64,000 nt of DNA from NCBI GenBank assembly GCA_903838995.1, contig CAIMAP010000056.1:2028-66027 (forward strand), read 5' to 3'. Numbering within the stretch: position 1 is the first letter of the stretch; each line of letters begins with the position of its first letter. This DNA is from an uncultured bacterium (GTDB lineage: Bacteria; Bacteroidota; Bacteroidia; Sphingobacteriales; Sphingobacteriaceae). This document shows, in pieces, positions 58,437 through 64,000 of the stretch. The notes beneath the pieces are model-generated. The model made no database searches. It was not told where the DNA came from and saw only the letters and a program-made list of their open reading frames with translations. Position numbers and translations under genes: made by a program.

Positions 58437-59183
58437 ATGAATTTATTATCAGGTAAAACCGCTTTAATTACTGGTGCATCCAAAGGGATAGGAAAAAAAA
58501 TCGCTGAACTTTTTGCAGCTCAAGGCGCCAATGTAGCCTTTACCTATTTATCATCTGTAGAAAAAGGCGAAGCCTTAGCCAAAGAGCTTTCTGCTACTGG
58601 CGCAAATGTAAAAGGGTATCGTTCCGATGCTTCAGATTTCAATGCAGCAGAACAATTAATAAATGATATTGTAACAGATTTTGGTACCATAGATATTGTG
58701 GTAAACAATGCAGGTATAACCAAAGATGGTTTATTGATGCGCATGACCGAAGCGCAATGGGACGAAGTAATGACCGTCAATTTAAAATCAATATTTAATG
58801 TGACCAAAGCAGCAAGTAAAATAATGATGCGCCAAAGAAGCGGCGTTTTTATTAACATGACTTCTATCGTTGGTTTGCAAGGAAATCCTGGTCAAGCAAA
58901 TTACGCTGCTTCAAAAGCAGGTATCATTGGATTTACTAAATCAATAGCACAAGAGTTAGGCTCTAGAAATATCAGGTGTAATGCCATCGCTCCAGGGTTT
59001 ATCAAAACAGAAATGACAGACGCCTTGGCGCCCGAAACGGTAGCGGCTTGGAGTAAAACAATTCCTTTGCAAAGAATGGGCGAGACAAGCGATGTAGCAA
59101 ATGTTGCCTTGTTTTTAGCATCCGATATGGGAAGTTATATCAGCGGTCAAACGATTGCTGTTTGTGGCGGAATGTCGAGATAG
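58437..59183 (+). CDS. fabG: 3-oxoacyl-[acyl-carrier-protein] reductase
   Basis: SDR 'TGASKGIGK', 'NNAG', 'YAASKAG' and C-terminal 'GQTIAVCGGM'. Confidence 0.93.
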   Translation: MNLLSGKTALITGASKGIGKKIAELFAAQGANVAFTYLSSVEKGEALAKELSATGANVKGYRSDASDFNAAEQLINDIVTDFGTIDIVVNNAGITKDGLLMRMTEAQWDEVMTVNLKSIFNVTKAASKIMMRQRSGVFINMTSIVGLQGNPGQANYAASKAGIIGFTKSIAQELGSRNIRCNAIAPGFIKTEMTDALAPETVAAWSKTIPLQRMGETSDVANVALFLASDMGSYISGQTIAVCGGMSR

Positions 59184-59227
59184 TAGCACCCGCAAATCCA
59201 TAAAAAAATGTAAATTAGCATGCGTTT

Positions 59228-61333
59228 ATGAATAGCATGTTGCATACCACAATCCATTTTTCTGAACACTCTGCTTGGTGGTTATTGCTTTGTATTTTCA
59301 TCGCAAGTGCTTATGCTTTTTTACTTTATTATCCAGCTAAGTATTTTGACAAATCTGCTAGAAGATTATTAGCAGCAACTCGATGGTTGCTTGTGTTTAT
59401 GTTAATGGTTTTTTTATTTTCTCCATTCATTACTTCCACAAGTAGCCGAGAAGAAAAGCCAATCATTATTTTTGCACAAGATAATTCCGCTTCTTTATTG
59501 CAAAGCAATCGAAAAGATTTTTATCAAAATCAATATTTAGTAGACTTAATCAAGTTTAAAGAAAAATGTGCCGACAAGTTTGATGTTCAAATTGGAAACT
59601 TTGGCGAATCTATTTCGTTTGCTAATCAAAAGCCAGATTACTCAGCCCCTAAAACAGCTATTGCTGCTACATTTCAGCAAATCGAGAAGAGTGCTATCAA
59701 TCGAAACATTGCCGCAGTGGTGCTTGCATCAGATGGTATAAATAATATCGGACAACAACCTCTTGCCGCAGCACAACAATTAACTTTGCCTGTTTATACT
59801 GTTTGTATGGGAGATCCTCGGGTACAAAAAGACCTATCGATTAAAGATGTGCAAGTAAACGAGGTGGTTTTTAAAGATGCGCAATTTCCTGTCAATGTAA
59901 ATTTGAAGGCTTATGCACTTAAAGGGAAAAGCGCTTCCCTGGCTATTTATCAAAAAGAAAAACTGATTAGTAAATCTTTAGTCAATATTAATCAAGATGA
60001 TTTTTTTTGTACGGTACCATATAGTATTACTGCAACAACAGTAGGATTGCAAACCTATACCGTACAAGTGCAATCGATAGTTGGGGAACAAAATCGATAC
60101 AATAATACTTTTCAATTTTATGTAAATGTATTAGAGAGTAAAAAGAAAATTTTGCTACTTGCCAATGCGGCGCACCCAGATTTAGCGGCACTTCAAACCA
60201 TGGTTACGGCAAATCAGCATTACGAATTAAGCACCTTGATAGACGAAGAAGTAAGCAGTAAAGATTTAGCTAAATATCAATTGTTAATTTTACATCAATT
60301 GCCTTCGGGTAATCAAGCTGCTTTCGATGTATTGCAAAAAGCTAAAGAATTAAGTATACCCATTTTATATATACTAGGGCCCCAAACCTATATCGATTTA
60401 TATAATAGACAAGCCAACGCAAATAAAATATTTGGCAGTAATTCAAAATCATCCGAAGCAACTGCTTTAGTAAACTCTGCATTTTATTTTTTCAATTTAT
60501 CTGACGAAACAAAAAACATATTGCCTCAATTGCCCCCGTTAAATGCACCATTCGGAAACTACCAAACACAAGGCAATGCGCAATTATTGCTCCAACAACA
60601 AATTGGAAATGTTGCCACAAGTTTGCCCTTGTTGAGTTTTGAAACGCAACAAAATATAAAGTCGGCAACACTATTTGGCGATGGTATTTGGCGCTGGCGT
60701 TTAGCTAATTTTCAATTAGCGAATAACGACCATGCAGTGGCAGAATTAGTTCAAAAAACCATACAGTTTTTGGTACTACAAACGGACAACAGAAAGTTTA
60801 ATGTACGGCTGGAGAATAAAAATTTACTCGAAGGCGAGGAAATTAATTTCCATGCTACTTTATATAATGACAGTTACCAAAGTATCAATTCGCCAGATGT
60901 ACAATTGAAAATTAAAAATAGTAAAGGGCAATCTTTTGATTATGTATTTGCAAAGAATGCCATTAATTATGATTTATTAATTGCTGCGCTGCCAGCTGGC
61001 GATTATAATTTTGAGGCTAAAACACAATTAGGTACCACACAATACAAAGACAAAGGCAACTTTACAATTAGGGTGAATCAACTCGAACAATCGAACACAA
61101 GGGCTGATTTCGATATGTTAGCGCAAATGGCAAAGCAAACAGGTGGATTGTGTTTTAAAGACACGCAATTAAGCGAATTGGCCGATTCGTTATTGGCCAA
61201 CGCGAATTACAAAAAGCTGGCCTATGCGCAAACTACCAGCGATGAATTGATTGATTTTCCTTGGATTTTAGCTCTTCTGCTTGCTTTAGCGGGGCTGGAA
61301 TGGTTTAGCAGAAAGCGTTTGGGCTATTATTAG
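59228..61333 (+). CDS. Membrane-anchored vWA-domain protein (Bat-like, N- and C-terminal TM segments)
   Basis: N-terminal double TM; MIDAS 'FAQDNSAS' (DxSxS) and 'VLASDGINNIG'. The middle 'KKILLLANAAHPD...LLILHQLP' is a GATase1-like module. 'GDGIWRWRL'. C-terminal TM 'WILALLLALAGLEWF'. Confidence 0.65.
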   Translation: MNSMLHTTIHFSEHSAWWLLLCIFIASAYAFLLYYPAKYFDKSARRLLAATRWLLVFMLMVFLFSPFITSTSSREEKPIIIFAQDNSASLLQSNRKDFYQNQYLVDLIKFKEKCADKFDVQIGNFGESISFANQKPDYSAPKTAIAATFQQIEKSAINRNIAAVVLASDGINNIGQQPLAAAQQLTLPVYTVCMGDPRVQKDLSIKDVQVNEVVFKDAQFPVNVNLKAYALKGKSASLAIYQKEKLISKSLVNINQDDFFCTVPYSITATTVGLQTYTVQVQSIVGEQNRYNNTFQFYVNVLESKKKILLLANAAHPDLAALQTMVTANQHYELSTLIDEEVSSKDLAKYQLLILHQLPSGNQAAFDVLQKAKELSIPILYILGPQTYIDLYNRQANANKIFGSNSKSSEATALVNSAFYFFNLSDETKNILPQLPPLNAPFGNYQTQGNAQLLLQQQIGNVATSLPLLSFETQQNIKSATLFGDGIWRWRLANFQLANNDHAVAELVQKTIQFLVLQTDNRKFNVRLENKNLLEGEEINFHATLYNDSYQSINSPDVQLKIKNSKGQSFDYVFAKNAINYDLLIAALPAGDYNFEAKTQLGTTQYKDKGNFTIRVNQLEQSNTRADFDMLAQMAKQTGGLCFKDTQLSELADSLLANANYKKLAYAQTTSDELIDFPWILALLLALAGLEWFSRKRLGYY

Positions 61334-61379
61334 ATGTTAAGGTGCATCTGGAGAGCGCAGCGATAAGTCTTAGCTTTTT

Positions 61380-61712
61380 TTAAAAAAAGTAGAATCTCTT
61401 TTTCTTTTCGACCGAATCTTTTCTTGGAATTTTAACAATCACAAAAACATCTTCATTGTCTTTTTTCATCAGGTATTTTTCTCTTCCGAATTGCTCTAAT
61501 CTATTTTGATCGGTGGTAAGATCGGATAAATTTTTGCGCATGCTTTCAATATCTTTGATATAATATGCGCGTTGATCTTCTAGTAATTTTAAATCTTTAT
61601 AGTGTTCGTATTGACTTATCAAATCGTTTCTGTCAAACACCAACATATAAACGATAAATATGCCAAGGCTTATATAATATTTGTTTTTTAAAATAGAGAG
61701 TAACTTTTTCAT
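61380..61712 (-). CDS. ftsB: Septum formation initiator (FtsB/DivIC family)
   Basis: 110 aa; one TM helix, then a coiled coil, then 'LEQFGREKYLMKKDNEDVFVI'. Lies downstream of eno, a common synteny. Confidence 0.8.
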   Translation of the reverse strand: MKKLLSILKNKYYISLGIFIVYMLVFDRNDLISQYEHYKDLKLLEDQRAYYIKDIESMRKNLSDLTTDQNRLEQFGREKYLMKKDNEDVFVIVKIPRKDSVEKKKRFYFF

Positions 61713-61719
61713 TTTTAAG

Positions 61720-61759
61720 CAAAAAAAAGGACAGATGCCCGCTTGTTAACATCTGTCCT
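61720..61759 (-). terminator. Rho-independent terminator after eno, ending 8 nt upstream of the ftsB start codon
   Basis: Minus strand reads AGGACAGATG-(12-nt loop)-CATCTGTCCT followed by a T8 run. Confidence 0.75.
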
Positions 61760-61900
61760 CATAATAATTCTAACCACAAGCGGTTTTCATGTTTTATGTT
61801 TCAATACAAAGAAAATAATCTTAATTGATTTTAGTCAATCTTAATTTTCAACATATCAACATTTTAAAGATAAAAAACCTTTATGAAATCCCAAAATAAA

Positions 61901-63220
<1,320 letters not shown>

Positions 63221-64000
63221 TTAATTTAACATAGCTACAAAATCATCAAATAAATACCTCGAATCATGTGGGCCCGGAGATGATTCTGGATGGTACTGTA
63301 CAGAAAACGCTTTCTTACCTTTTACTCGAATGCCTTCTATGCTTTGATCATTTAAATTGATATGGGTTATCTCTACTAATTCAGATTTTTTTACATCTTC
63401 TGGTACCACCCCAAATCCATGATTTTGAGAAGTTACTTCGCAATGATTGATGATGATATTTTTTACCGGATGATTTAAACCTCGGTGACCGTTGAACATT
63501 TTGTGTGTACGAATACCATTGGCCTGTGCTAATAATTGATGGCCTAAACATATACCAAATAAAGGTTGATCGGCGGCTAAAATATTTTTTACCGTTTCAA
63601 TGGCATAAGGCATTGCTGCTGGATCTCCGGGGCCGTTTGAAATAAAATAACCATTCGGATTCCAAGCTTTCATTTCTTCAAAAGTAGTTTTAGCTGGAAA
63701 AACTTTCACCAAAACATCGCGCTCGTTAAAGCATCTTAAAATATTTTTCTTAACCCCTAAATCTAAAACAGCTACTTTCTTTTTCGCATTTTCGTTGCCT
63801 AAAACATAGGCTGTTTTGGTGCTAACAATAGAGGATAATTCTAAACCATCCATAGAAGGTGTGCCAGCTAATTTTTCTTTTAATTCTTCAATTGTAAAAT
63901 TCTCTGAAGAGATAATGGCATTCATTGCGCCTTTGGCTCTAATATGACGCACTAATTGTCTGGTGTCTACATCAGATATACCCACTATATGATCTTCTGA
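63221..64000 (-). CDS. carA: Carbamoyl-phosphate synthase small (glutaminase) subunit, C-terminal part (N-terminus outside window)
   Basis: GATase1 'PLFGICLGHQLL' and 'VQYHPESSPGPHD'. The frame stays open upstream of the 63985 Met to the window edge ('SEDHIVGISDVDTRQLV'). Confidence 0.93.
   Translation of the reverse strand, partial: SEDHIVGISDVDTRQLVRHIRAKGAMNAIISSENFTIEELKEKLAGTPSMDGLELSSIVSTKTAYVLGNENAKKKVAVLDLGVKKNILRCFNERDVLVKVFPAKTTFEEMKAWNPNGYFISNGPGDPAAMPYAIETVKNILAADQPLFGICLGHQLLAQANGIRTHKMFNGHRGLNHPVKNIIINHCEVTSQNHGFGVVPEDVKKSELVEITHINLNDQSIEGIRVKGKKAFSVQYHPESSPGPHDSRYLFDDFVAMLN

Overview
AT-rich chromosomal window from a Bacteroidota-type genome. Supporting signs are T9SS C-terminal sorting domains, a PorV/PorQ-family gene, lipoprotein-rich surface genes, TAnnTTTG promoter boxes and no obvious Shine-Dalgarno sites. 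Positions 1-15.8 kb hold the complete str/S10/spc/alpha ribosomal-protein superoperon, from the fusA 3' end to rplQ. This includes two small genes absent from the ORF track, rpmD (9333-9512) and rpmJ (12398-12514). Positions 15.9-39.8 kb are mostly housekeeping. They carry dnaK, a minus-strand pruA / acyl-CoA carboxyltransferase / M42 / M13 peptidase operon, lpxK, a purine nucleoside phosphorylase, cyclophilin, rlmH, aconitase, an orphan TolC plus adaptor pair, and gpsA. Positions 39.9-52.1 kb are the one clearly non-housekeeping block. It is a tight seven-gene same-strand locus encoding three secreted proteins with T9SS-type C-terminal domains, one of them an EEP-fold nuclease/phosphatase. 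It also encodes two lipoproteins (one with NHL repeats), a SusD-less TonB-dependent transporter and a PorV/PorQ-family barrel. I consider this the best candidate for an undescribed surface capture/import system. Positions 52.2-64 kb hold a DEAD-box helicase with a repetitive RGG/GGGERKSYG tail, truA, an ABC exporter, sucD, fabG, a vWA membrane protein, an ftsB-like gene, eno and a carA fragment. I saw no rRNA, tRNA, CRISPR array, transposase or integrase. All calls rest on reading the translations and DNA by eye; no database search was possible.
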